A stretch of 63,972 nt of DNA, the filler included, from Octopus bimaculoides (taxonomy: Eukaryota), in assembly GCF_001194135.2 (NCBI RefSeq). It is 6 parts of 6 records of this genome, joined end to end, with 100 filler letters (N's around TTAATTAATTAA, not from the genome) between each part and the next. Parts side by side here need not be neighbours in the genome. Positions count along the whole stretch, not along the records: positions 40,628 to 56,483 come from NC_069003.1; 5 more parts are not named here. One strand, given 5' to 3'. The notes below the pieces were generated by a model, which worked only from the letters and a program-made list of their open reading frames with translations, ran no database searches and was not told the origin of the DNA. Position 1 is the first letter of the stretch, and the number at the start of each line of letters is the position of its first letter. This document shows, piece by piece, positions 41,386-53,447 of the stretch. Made by a program: the position numbers and the translations under genes.

Positions 41386-42712
41386 ATCAGTTGGATCTTC
41401 GATACTCAACCAATTGGATCTTCGATATTCAACCAATTGGATCTTCGATACTCAGCCATTTGGATCTTCGATACTCAATCAGTTGCATCTTCGATATTCA
41501 ACCAATTGGATCTTCGATATTCAACCAGTTGGATCTTCGATACTCAACCAGTTGGATCTTCGATATTCAACCAGTTGGATCTTCGATACTCAACCAGTTG
41601 GATCTTCGATACTCAACCAGTTGGACCTTCGATACTCAACCAATTGGATCTTCGATATTCAACAAGTTGGATCTTCGATACTCAACCAGTTGGATCTTCG
41701 ATACTCAATCAGTTGGATGTTCGATACTCAACCAGTTGGATCTTCGATACTCAATCAGTTGGATCTTCGATACTCAATCAGTTGGATCTTCGATACTCAA
41801 GCAGTTGGATGTTCGATACTCAACCATTTCGATCTTCGATATTCAACCAGTTGGATCTTCGATACTCAACCACTTGGATCTTCGATACTCAACCAGTTGG
41901 ATCTTCGATACACAACCAGTTGTATCTTCGATACTCAACCAATTAGATCTTCAATACTCAATTGGATCTCTGATATTCAACCAACTGAATCTTCGATACT
42001 CAGCCATCTGGATCTTCGATACTCAATTGGATCTTCAATACTCAATTGGATACTCAATTCTCAATTCGATACTCAATCAGTTGGATCATCGATACTCAAC
42101 CAATTGGATCTTCGATATTCAAACAGTTGGATCTTCGATATTCAACCAATTGGATCTTCGATATTCAACCAGTTGGATCTTCGATACTCAACCAGTTGGG
42201 TCTTCGATTCTCAACCAGTTGTATCTTCGATACACAACCAATTGGATCTTCGATATTCAACAAGTTGGATCTTCGATACTCAACCAGTTGGATGTTCGAT
42301 ACTCAACCAGTTGAATCTTCGATACTCAATCAGTTGGATCTTCGATACTCAATCAGTTGGATCTTCGATACTCAAGCAGTTGGGTCTTCGATACTCAACC
42401 AATTGGATCTTCGATATTCAACCCGTTGGATCTTCGATACTCAACCAGTTGTATCTTCGATACTCAACCAGTTGGATCTTCGATACTCAACCAGTTGGAT
42501 TTTCGATACACAACCAGTTGGATCTTCGATACTCAACCAATTAGATCTTCAATACTCAATTGGATCTCTGATATTCAACCAACTGAATCTTCGATACTCA
42601 GCCATCTGGATCTTCGATACTCAATTAGATCTTCAATACTCAATTGAATCTTCAATACTCAACCAATCGAATCGTCAATACTCAACCAATTGGATCTTCG
42701 ATACTCAACCGT
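41386..42712. repeat. 23-bp minisatellite (GGATCTTCGATACTCAACCAGTT)n
   Basis: Directly visible period of 23, giving a 23-aa repeat in all three plus-strand frames. Confidence 0.97.
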
Positions 42713-42879
42713 GCAACATTCAACCAATCAAAGCACAGGACTCAATCAATGTTCCAAACTCACATGGTAGGTAAGACGACCAATCATTACAAATTAGCGC
42801 GCTGAGCCTCTGACACTTCAATGCATTCAATATACCACAAGAGAAAACGGCCTTGCTTACATGTACGTACGTACGTATG

Positions 42880-43595
42880 TATGTATTTGTGTGTTTGTGC
42901 TTGTCCCCCACCATCGCTTGACAGCCGATGTTGGTGTGTTTACGTCCCCGTAACGTAGCTGTTTGGCAAAAGAGACCGATAGAATAAGTACTAGGCTTAC
43001 AAAGAATAAGTCCTGGGGTCGATTTGTTCGACTAAAGGTTGTGCTCCAGCATANNNNNNNNNNNNNNNNNNNNNNNNNNNNNNNNNNNNNNNNNNNNNNN
43101 NNNNNNNNNNNNNNNNNNNNNNNNNNNNNNNNNATGTATTTGTGTGTTTGTGCTTGTCCCCCACCATCGCTTGACAGCCGATGTTGGTGTGTTTACGTCC
43201 CCGTAACGTAGCTGTTTGGCAAAAGAGACCGATAGAATAAGTACTAGGCTTACAAAGAATAAGTCCTGGGGTCGATTTGTTCGACTAAAGGTTGTGCTCC
43301 AGCATAGCCACAGACAAATGGCTGAAACAAATAAAAGAATTAAAGTATATATATATAAATGTGAGTGTGTGTGTGTGTGCGTGTGTGCGTGTATGCTTTC
43401 CGCTTATCACCACTTGACAAACGGTGTTGGTGTGTTTACGTCCCGTGACTTAGCGTTCCGCAAAAATGACCCATAGAATAAGTACTAGGCTTAACAAATA
43501 TGAGTGCTGGGGTCGATCTGTTCGATAAAGGACCCTTCAAGGCAGTGCTCCAGTATGGCCGCAGTCAAACAACTGAAACAAGTAAATGAGTAAAA
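42880..43595 (+). mobile_element. Cluster of family A SINE 3' halves (one duplicated across a gap)
   Basis: Three copies of the tgtccccc...ggtgtgtttacgtcccc...gactgaaacaa tail. Confidence 0.75.
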
Positions 43596-43606
43596 GAATA
43601 CACACG

Positions 43607-43665
<59 letters not shown>

Positions 43666-44327
43666 GTATACACAGGCACATTCACACACGTGCACGCATA
43701 CACATACATACATATACGCACACACGCACGCAAGCATCCACGCACATACCCACCCACACATGTATACACACGCACATACACACATATAAACGCATGCACA
43801 TACACACACCCGCAACCACACACGCATACACACATTTACACACATGAACGCGTACACATACGTACACGCACGCATACATACACACGCACGCACTCACACA
43901 GACACCAACATGCGTATACAAACGCACATTCACACACAAGCACACATACATACATACGCACGCACGCATACGCACACAAACATACGTATATACACGCACA
44001 TTCACACATGCACGCATACACATACATACACACACACATGCAGCACACAAATTCATACACATTTACNNNNNNNNNNATCTATCTATCTATCTGTCTGTCT
44101 GTCTGTCTGTCTGTCTGTTTCTCTCTATCTGTTTCTCTGCCCATATACACATATACACACATGCATACATGCATACATATATAAACACCCGCATCCCTCC
44201 CCCTCGTCCAACACATAAACAAGTACCGGCATCTTAAATACCACACCAGATGCGGAGATAATTCTAATAAATCAGGAATTTTTGTTCTTTTTTTTTATAG
44301 TATTTGGTACATCGCTATAGTGTCTAT

Positions 44328-44555
44328 ATTCGGTTTTCAACCGGGGTCAATATAACCATTGCGGATCTACATAAGATTTTGATGCTAAAATATATCTGAC
44401 AATAAACTCGTTATACTTCTACAATGCACAAAACGTTTTGACATTAAAATATAATATTAAGATATTTTAAAACATCGAATGGTTATGAAGGTCTAACCGA
44501 GCAAACTAGGGATCAAAACAAAACAAAAGAAAAAAAAAACGATTGAGAACCGTTG
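44328..44555. mobile_element. hAT-type MITE, degraded; related left end at about 5077-5200
   Basis: cggttttcaaccgggg ... ttgagaaccgttg. The 5077 copy starts cagtggttctcaacc, typical of hAT-Charlie TIRs. Confidence 0.55.
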
Positions 44556-45115
44556 GTTTATGTTATTTAAACACATGCCACTAACCACTTCGTGTTTTGT
44601 CTCTTAGCTCATTCAATTTAAATTCTTTCAACGTCCTCTTTCGTGAACATGTTTACCAAAATATTGCGCATTGTCGTGCAACATTCTGTACTCTATATTG
44701 AAAAAAAAAAAAAAGACCCTATTTTTGTAATTAATATTCATATTCATATGGTTTTGTTCTTTTCTTTTTAAAGTGGGTTAATAAAGATTAAGCATGGTCT
44801 ACTTTAGAAGACTATTAATTTGTGTCCATGACTGCTAAACGAAATCAAATTCTTTTATCTTCGTTTAATTTCCATCCTACAAACGTCACACAGTATACAT
44901 GGTAAAACCATGATATATTTTAAGAATTTGAAGTGGATTGCTAACCGTCTAAGATATCCTGTTTTTAATGTGTATTAATTTGAACCTGTTAAATACTATT
45001 TAGATCTTCACTTTACATAAGATTATTTTACATTTTAAGTATATGTATTTAGGCTGTGGCTACAATAACCGGAAAATCTAGAAATCCGGGTTTGTTCCGG
45101 GTCAAAGCTTACTGG

Positions 45116-45196
<81 letters not shown>

Positions 45197-45211
45197 ATGT
45201 ATGTATGTATG

Positions 45212-45276
<65 letters not shown>

Positions 45277-45413
45277 ATGTACATACGCACATGCAGTTTT
45301 ATCTATGTAAACGATCACATAGTAGTTTGAACTCTATATAGGCTGGTCGAGTTAGCCTCTTGCCACCGTGAGTTTTGCGTGTGAGTTCAGAGAATCTTCG
45401 GACAAGATACCGT

Positions 45414-45457
<44 letters not shown>

Positions 45458-45766
45458 NNNNNNNNNNNNNNNNNNNNNNNNNNNNNNNNNNNNNNNNNNN
45501 NNNNNNNNNNNNNNNNNNNNNNNNNNNNNNNNNNNNNNNNNNNNNNNNNNNNNNNNNNNNNNNNNNNNNNNNNNNNNNNNNNNNNNNNNNNNNNNNNNNN
45601 NNNNNNNNNNNNNNNNNNNNNNNNNNNNNNNNNNNNNNNNNNNNNNNNNNNNNNNNNNNNNNNNNNNNNNNNNNNNNNNNNNNNNNNNNNNNNNNNNNNN
45701 NNNNNNNNNNNNNNNNNNNNNNNNNNNNNNNNNNNNNNNNNNNNNNNNNNNNNNNNNNNNNNNNNN

Positions 45767-45811
<45 letters not shown>

Positions 45812-45942
45812 CTGAAAGGAGTGTCAATGGAAAATAGAAGGAAAGAAAGAAGGAAGGAGAGAAAAAAATGTGTTTACAGCTGGTCAGTTCTTTCAATAGA
45901 AGATGACAAGTTGGTTAATAAAAGTTATTTTTCAAAAAATTG

Positions 45943-46072
45943 TCTGGACTTATCATCATCATCATCATCATCCTTGTCCAATGCTTGATTCCCGTGATTT
46001 TCCAACTCATACCAGCACTGGAATCAAGCATTGGACAAGGGTGATGATGATGATGATGATAATAAGTCCAGA
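45943..46072. repeat. Inverted repeat, about 50-bp arms with a 27-nt loop
   Basis: tctggacttatc(atc)n cttgtccaatgcttgattcc / ggaatcaagcattggacaaggg(tga)n taataagtccaga. Confidence 0.9.
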
Positions 46073-46128
46073 GAATAAAAGTCTGTAAATGTACAACCAT
46101 CCAGATCTCTGAGTACCTTATTTTTCTA

Positions 46129-46173
<45 letters not shown>

Positions 46174-46189
46174 CTTTTGCTTTATGCAG

Positions 46190-47150
46190 CGCAGCCCAAA
46201 GACTGGCCATGCAGGAGTACCGCCAGTATCATCAACTTTTGAATGGCCATTCTTTTGTGATTAGCTTTTGGTGAAGTAGGTTGCTCGATATTGCTGCTTT
46301 CTTTCGAGTTTCTTGCCGTGACATAGGTTCATCTGGGATCTTGGATTGTAGGAGGTCAAATTGTTTCTTGAAAATATCTGCATCTACTCCATGTAGACCT
46401 GTCAGACGTTCTTGCAAGATATTAAATACGTGTGGGCCTTTGAATCCATCCCAAGCTATTGCAGCACATGGCTCTCACTCTAGACGGGATGGGTGAGATC
46501 TTTGGAACAATGAAATGACGTCCCGTTTGGAGTCTGGCATAACTCGATGGCAAAGTTTGGTGCCAAACCCAAGCAGGACCTTTCTTATGTATACCACCGT
46601 ATATCTCTCCAGGGAGTAAAGTTGTAACTTTTTTCAATCTTTCCCAGTAGCTCGGTTGTTCCATTGATGCAATATTTCCCATGTAGCACCACTGAACTGC
46701 CTCGAGTTCCACAAATAATTTGACACTGTGGCGTGATCACAATTGAGAGCAGTAATCCAGAAGGCCAGAAGGCCAGAAACAAATGTTTTCCGTAGAACCA
46801 GTATATTTTCCTGCTCCTTTCTGAAAGTTCTCAGAATCCATCCGGCTATTGGTCAGCACATTGCCACCATCTTGGTGACACGAACATGAAACGAGGTGTT
46901 GTTGTTCATAACAATTCACAGATCACGCACTGTACTTGAGTTTGTGGTTGCCGCTCCTTTTGCTCCAAAATGTTTTTTGTTGCGGCAGGTTAGTACAAGT
47001 TTGCTGGTAGTTGATGGCTCCAAGTATTTCTGCATTAAATTACATGTTTTATTCTGACCGTTTATATATGGCAGCTAGATCTTTCTCAAGAAGATTAACA
47101 TCAAAAGGTTTCTTGACTGCTTTTACTTCTGTGCCGTCGGCATAGCTAGT
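46190..47150 (-). mobile_element. CR1/L2-group LINE, degraded RT C-terminus
   Basis: Frameshifted peptides ELEAVQ...SYWERLKK...LTGLHGVDADIFKKQFDLL..IPDEP...AAISSNL match the C-terminal pattern of CR1-group RTs. Confidence 0.7.
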
Positions 47151-47180
47151 AAGTAACTGTCTCTGTAAGTGATGGCATGT

Positions 47181-47215
<35 letters not shown>

Positions 47216-47550
47216 NNNNNNNNNNNNNNNNNNNNNNNNNNNNNNNNNNNNNNNNNNNNNNNNNNNNNNNNNNNNNNNNNNNNNNNNNNNNNNNNNNNNN
47301 NNNNNNNNNNNNNNNNNNNNNNNNNNNNNNNNNNNNNNNNNNNNNNNNNNNNNNNNNNNNNNNNNNNNNNNNNNNNNNNNNNNNNNNNNNNNNNNNNNNN
47401 NNNNNNNNNNNNNNNNNNNNNNNNNNNNNNNNNNNNNNNNNNNNNNNNNNNNNNNNNNNNNNNNNNNNNNNNNNNNNNNNNNNNNNNNNNNNNNNNNNNN
47501 NNNNNNNNNNNNNNNNNNNNNNNNNNNNNNNNNNNNNNNNNNNNNNNNNN

Positions 47551-47582
<32 letters not shown>

Positions 47583-47588
<6 letters not shown>

Positions 47589-48057
47589 AGTTGTATGCTG
47601 TCAACTTAATGTGACAGTCACATGAAGGGAATAATACTACTCCTATTTAGCCCTAGGAAGCAGTACCGCTTCCCGTCAGTTTTGACACATTTCCTGTGTC
47701 CTTATGTTTACAAGGTGGAGACAAGCACTTCCACTTAGCTAAGACTGCATCCAGAGACATGTTTCTGAGTCTTTGCTCGTCATCAGTCTGGAGTAGCAAT
47801 GATCTGCTAGTCAAGCTCTCGTAAACATAATAATTCTAGTGAAACACATTCACTGATTTCAAAATTAGAAATAATACATTTCTAAATCTCTCAGATTTAT
47901 GCAGTAGTGATGCGATAAAGTAGCTGCATGCTGTCAACTTAATGTGACAGTCCCATGAAGGGAATAATGCTACTGCTATTTAGCTCTCGGAAGCAGTACC
48001 GCCTCCTGTCGGACTTCACACATTTCCTGTGTCCTTATGTTTACAAGGGGGAGACAA
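47583..48057 (-). mobile_element. Partially tandem 333-bp unit carrying a hammerhead (retrozyme or Penelope pseudo-LTR-like)
   Basis: Direct repeats of about 142 bp at 47583-47724 and 47916-48057 (offset 333) with the hammerhead between them. Flanked on both sides by TA/CA microsatellites. Confidence 0.55.
47750..47792 (-). ncRNA. Candidate minimal type I hammerhead ribozyme with variant core
   Basis: Minus-strand RNA: UCCAGA CUGAUGA C GAG CAAAGA CUC A GAAA CAU GUC^ UCUGGA. It has a perfect 6-bp stem I, a 3-bp stem II, a palindromic ACAUGU stem III region and a GUC triplet. Confidence 0.7.
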
Positions 48058-48076
48058 ATATACATATATATGCATT

Positions 48077-48174
<98 letters not shown>

Positions 48175-48259
48175 CATATACATACACACATACGTAAGCT
48201 TATGCTATTTCAATAACACAGGCTTACGTGTACTTTCTATACTGACTTAGTTGAAAACA

Positions 48260-48323
<64 letters not shown>

Positions 48324-48503
48324 ATTATTGACGTCATAGTAACTCACGAAGTTAGTCAACAATTTGGTCACAAGACAATGTCATGTAGAAATACTTGAAT
48401 ACAGATTTTTATCAGAAACCAGTTATGTATGTATGTATGTATGTATGTATGCATGTATGTGTGTAAACACAGACACACATACATACACACACANNNNNNN
48501 NNN

Positions 48504-48616
48504 ATTTTGTTCTCGGGGGATTTTGTTCTCGGGGGATTTTGTTCTCGGGGGATTTTGTTCTCGGGGGATTTTGTTCTCGGGGGATTTTGTTCTCGCTGGG
48601 ATTTTGTCCTGGTACC
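48504..48616. repeat. 16-bp tandem repeat (ATTTTGTTCTCGGGGG)n
   Basis: About six to seven units, ending attttgtcctggtacc. Confidence 0.9.
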
Positions 48617-49159
48617 CGGCCACTTTGGTTGCAAGGTTGTGAAGGAGATCATCTTGTTCTATTCATCACCCTTTAAATCTTAAACGAAGTCTTGCAAATT
48701 CTTCTTATCCCAGATATCGCGATACATTAAGGAGTTGCGTTCTCTCCCACTAGAACCCAAATTCGGCCATGCTTTGCTCTAGACGGGTTTCTACGTATCA
48801 TGTTACAGGATGTTGGGGCTAAATTTGACGAATTTTTGTCTCATTTTTTCAGGAACAGCTTGAACAGTCAATGGCATTGGAGAGCATAAAGATTAAAGAT
48901 TAAAGATTAAAGTTGTTAGCTAGAAAAAGTTAGGTGACATGGAGGACCGGAAGCCATCTGAATATTAGAAAGGAGTTTCCTGTATCATGATGATTCGCAC
49001 GGGTATCAAAATGCTTGACAAGTAGTATTGGCTTGTTTACGCCTCCCCCCACCGTAAACTTAACAGTTCAATAATAAATACTGATAGAATAAGTAACAGA
49101 TTTTTAGCAGAATGGTCTAAAATCTTCGTTGGTTTCCTACAGATTTTGGCATACTATTC

Positions 49160-49400
49160 GAGTCTAGGACATTTACCCGCCGTGGACAATTACCCCCTTG
49201 GTTAATTACCCACTTGGTTAATTACCCCCTTTTCTATATATCAAGAAGTTTTGAATCATCATCTGTTGTCCTCAGGGGTAATTGTCCTAGGGGATAGTTG
49301 TCGTCGGGGGGAATTGTCCTATGGGGGTACTTGTCCTATGGGGGTAATTGGCCTATGGGGGTAATTGTCCTATGGGGGTAATTGTCCTGATAGTACCATT
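49160..49400. repeat. Foldback of 16-17-bp GGGGGTAATTGTCCTAT-type subunits
   Basis: ggacaattaccccc-type units on the left, about seven gggggtaattgtcctat-type units on the right, and a short AT-rich spacer between. Confidence 0.7.
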
Positions 49401-49751
49401 GTACTATATATGTTGCGTGTTCACTCCTGGAAATAATACAAGAATACTTAAAAACAGTGAGGCTTTATTCCTCCGTTGAACAGTGCAGTGGGCCAAATAA
49501 ATCATCAGAAATTCTTGTGATTGTATAGTTCATCCGTCGTTTGGATAATTCAGCTCGAGTTATCGTTGGTTACATGTGCTCAATTTATTAATTTTGTTCT
49601 GGTGAATAATGGCAGGAAAACAAGACTTGCTCTCATGAAAGCGTTTGCCTTTCTGCTCATTGATGATTTGTTAGACACATTTATAAAAGGAGGGTTGTTT
49701 CCAGCGCACATTCAGATTAATTATTTGATAATGTATTATGCGAAACGTGAC

Positions 49752-50206
49752 TGGATCTTCGATACTCAACCAATTGGATCTGCGATACTCAACCATTTGG
49801 ATCTTCGATATTCAACCAGTTGGATCTTCGATACTCAACCATTTGGATCTTCGATATTCAACCAGTTGGATCTTCGATACTCAACCAGTTGGATCTTCGA
49901 TATTCAACCAATTGGATCTTCGATATTCAACCAGTTGGATCTTCGATACTCAACCAGTTGGATCTTCGATACTCAACCAGTTGGATCTTCGATACTCAAT
50001 CAGTTGGATCTTCGATATTCAACCAGTTGGATCTTCGATACTCAACCAGTTGGATGTTCGATACTCAACCATTTCGATCTTCGATATTCAACCAGTTGGA
50101 TCTTCGATACTCAACCAATTGGATCTTCGATACTCAACCAGTTGGATCTTCGATATACAACCAGTTGGATCTTCGATACTCAACCAATTAGATCTTCAAT
50201 ACTCAA
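49752..50206. repeat. Second array of the same 23-bp minisatellite
   Basis: Same unit and orientation, ending at an N gap. Confidence 0.95.
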
Positions 50207-50563
50207 NNNNNNNNNNNNNNNNNNNNNNNNNNNNNNNNNNNNNNNNNNNNNNNNNNNNNNNNNNNNNNNNNNNNNNNNNNNNNNNNNNNNNNNNNNNNNN
50301 NNNNNNCGTTAATTTCACGAGCAGGCTGTTCCGTTGATTGAATCACCTGGAACCCTCGTCGTTGTAAGCGACAGAGTGCCAACAACAACAATGTCCACAT
50401 GTAGGTGCACATGTGGCTCTGTGGTAAGGAGTTTGCTTCTCAACCACATGGTTCTGAGTTCAGTCCCACTGTGTGACACCTTGGGCAAGTGTCTTCTACT
50501 ATAGCCTTGGGCTGATCAAAGCCTTGTGAGTGGATTTGGTAGACGGAAAACCGAAAGAAGCCG

Positions 50564-50602
<39 letters not shown>

Positions 50603-51592
50603 GTTTAACATCCGTTTTCCATGCTGGCATGAGCTGGATGGTTTGACAGGAGTTGGACAGCTAGGGAGCTGTCCAGACTCCAGTTATCTGTTCTGGCATG
50701 GTTTCGATGGCTGGATGACCTTTCTAATGCCGACCACTTTTCATAGTGTGCTGGGTGCGTTTTACATGCCACTGGTACATGTGCATTTATACAGCACCAG
50801 CATGAGTGCATTCACATTGGTTCAAGTGCATTTTATGCGACACTGGCACAAGTGCATTTTACATGGCACCAGTACCTGCAAAGGACATGCCTGTATGTAT
50901 GGATGGCTGCAATTTTATTTAGTGTCATAAATATGTAGTTGGCGTTAGGAAGGGCATCCAGCTGTAGAAACTCTGCCAAATCAGATTGTAGCCTGGTGTA
51001 GCCATCTGGTTTGCCAGTCCTCAGTCAAACCGTCCAACCCATGCTAGCATGGAAAGCGGATGTTAAACGACGGTGATGATGATATATATAGATATAGATA
51101 TATACATACATATACACACACACCTACATGTGTGTGTGTCTGTGTTTGTCCCCCACCACTGCTTGACAACTGGTGTTGGTGTGTTTACATCCCTGTATCT
51201 TAGCAGTTTGGCGAAGGGACAGTTAGAATAAGGGCATCCAGCTGTAGAAACTCTGCCAGATCAGATTGGAGCCTGGTGTAGTCATCCGGTTCGCCAGTCC
51301 CCAGTCAAATCGTCCAACCCATGCTAGCATGGAAAGCGGACATTAAATAATGATGATGATGAGTGTTCCGTTGATCGAATCAACTGGAACACTCATCATC
51401 GTAATCGACGGAGTGCCAGTCAGACGTGTGTAGGTAGACCATTAATAACATCCTCATGGGGATAGACTGACAGTTTCCATGTCTGTAATGCTGATGTTCT
51501 ATATCTGCATGAATTTGACCAACACCCCTAAAACACACACACACACACACAAAGCAAACTTGCAAGGACATTAAAATCTAGCCAAACCTTAC

Positions 51593-51838
51593 CTTGTTGT
51601 AACATAGCACACCCAATATAGATACAAACATCCCAAAGCAGTTGACTGGTGTAACAGGGTTGCGAAGCATCATAATGGATGCGGTTATGATGACAATTCT
51701 TTTCATGGCATTCGCTACAGCATAGCTAAGTGGGCTGATAAGAGCCAAGATGGTGAAAGCAATGAGATTTTGCAGAGTGTTGAAAAAGCCATCTAACAGC
51801 AGTAATATTAGAACAGTAGTGAGTTTTATATTGCTTGT
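51593..51838 (-). CDS. SLC35E1: Internal coding exon of SLC35E1, 82 codons
   Basis: Polypyrimidine tract then ttttgcag|ACA AGC ... TAC AAC AAG|gtaagg: 246 nt, phase 0-0, in frame with the 55953-56081 exon. It translates to [82 protein letters not shown], matching the SLC35E1 motif [26 protein letters not shown]...LRNPVT...LYNK. Upstream exons and the terminal exon were not found in this scaffold. Confidence 0.93.
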
Positions 51839-51870
51839 CTGCAAAAGAAAAAAAAGAAAAAAAATGATAC

Positions 51871-51906
<36 letters not shown>

Positions 51907-51925
51907 CGATGATGATGATGATGAT

Positions 51926-52483
51926 AAATGCCCTGATGCAATACCAGGCACTGGCTCTCATGGCTTCTGAATTTAACTGATTGGAAGTGTTATCGTGTAC
52001 ATGTTTTGTCTTGGTGTAAAAGATGGGCTACAGCAAATATTCTGCTCTGTAACACAGATTTGCTTGTCTGTTGCCTGACCGTAACCAGTTGAGCATGTCC
52101 CTTGGTGGTTGACGATATGTGCATCTCTGACCACGAGCAGAAGTAGTGAGGGAATATCATAGCCATGTGTTGAGAGCAATTCTTTGGGGTTTGAATAATT
52201 CACCTCTGGAAGCATGGCTGTTTCGTTCAACATTCATAAATAAACCTTATACAGGGACCTTTTGAGCAGGATGGGCTACTCGAAATGTAGAAAATTCAAA
52301 CTGGGCTCCACCTGTAATGTCATATGCTGTTTAACTTGATATGAGATCACCATGTCGCATACATATGGCTGTGATGCGTTTGCCTGGTGTACCCTTATGA
52401 CACGGGTAGTCATGATGGGTATAATGGGCTTCGTATATTTGTACCCGAGTGTCACTTTGATGGCATGCACTGCTCTCTCACTC

Positions 52484-52529
<46 letters not shown>
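51926..52529 (+). mobile_element. About 560-bp dispersed non-coding retroposon-like element (family E) ending in (AAT)n
   Basis: Homologous to 32685-33165. It starts after a (GAT)n run and ends ctctctcactc(aat)n. No tRNA head was recognised. Confidence 0.7.
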
Positions 52530-52531
<2 letters not shown>

Positions 52532-53396
52532 GGTTTCAAATTTTGCCACAAGGGCAGCAATTTTAGAGGAGGAGACTAATCGATTACATTAACCAGTTGA
52601 TTGTGATGTTTATCAGTATGTATGTGCCCAGCAGATATTTCCTTTTCCATATTAAATTCTTAAAGGTATTTGTGGAAAACTTTATTTTTAAAAATATCTT
52701 TTTTTTTTAGTGTTATGAGGAAACAAATTCGATGGAGGGGGGGGGCACTTGTGTACGTATACCATGTAACCGAGATAGAGATTGAGAGAGACAGGCAGAC
52801 GGAGAGAGGCGAAGAGACAGAGGCGGGAGTGACGCAGAGAGAGAGAGAGAAAGAGAGAGANNNNNNNNNNNNNNNNNNNNNNNNNNNNNNNNNNNNNNNN
52901 NNNNNNNNNNNNNNNNNNNNNNNNNNNNNNNNNNNNNNNNNNNNNNNNNNNNNNNNNNNNNNNNNNNNNNNNNNNNNNNNNNNNNNNNNNNNNNNNNNNN
53001 NNNNNNNNNNNNNNNNNNNNNNNNNNNNNNNNNNNNNNNNNNNNNNNNNNNNNNNNNNNNNNNNNNNNNNNNNNNNNNNNNNNNNNNNNNNNNNNNNNNN
53101 NNNNNNNNNNNNNNNNNNNNNNNNNNNNNNNNNNNNNNNNNNNNNNNNNNNNNNNNNNNNNNNNNNNNNNNNNNNNNNNNNNNNNNNNNNNNNNNNNNNN
53201 NNNNNNNNNNNNNNNNNNNNNNNNNNNNNNNNNNNNNNNNNNNNNNNNNNNNNNNNNNNNNNNNNNNNNNNNNNNNNNNNNNNNNNNNNNNNNNNNNNNN
53301 NNNNNNNNNNNNNNNNNNNNNNNNNNNNNNNNNNNNNNNNNNNNNNNNNNNNNNNNNNNNNNNNNNNNNNNNNNNNNNNNNNNNNNNNNNNNNNNN

Positions 53397-53447
<51 letters not shown>

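Noticed and set aside
41386-42712. CRISPR-like regular repeat
   Set aside because: Units are directly adjacent with no unique spacers, there are no cas genes, and the context is eukaryotic.
41149-42774. Overlapping 240-376 aa ORFs with a SWIFDTQPVGSSILNQLDLRYST repeat
   Set aside because: All three frames give the same peptide because the 23-bp unit is stop-free. There is no frame preference or codon-position bias, so this is a satellite rather than a protein.
42880-43305. Tandem identical SINE halves either side of the 43054-43133 gap
   Set aside because: Identical sequence flanking a short gap is most simply an unmerged contig overlap.
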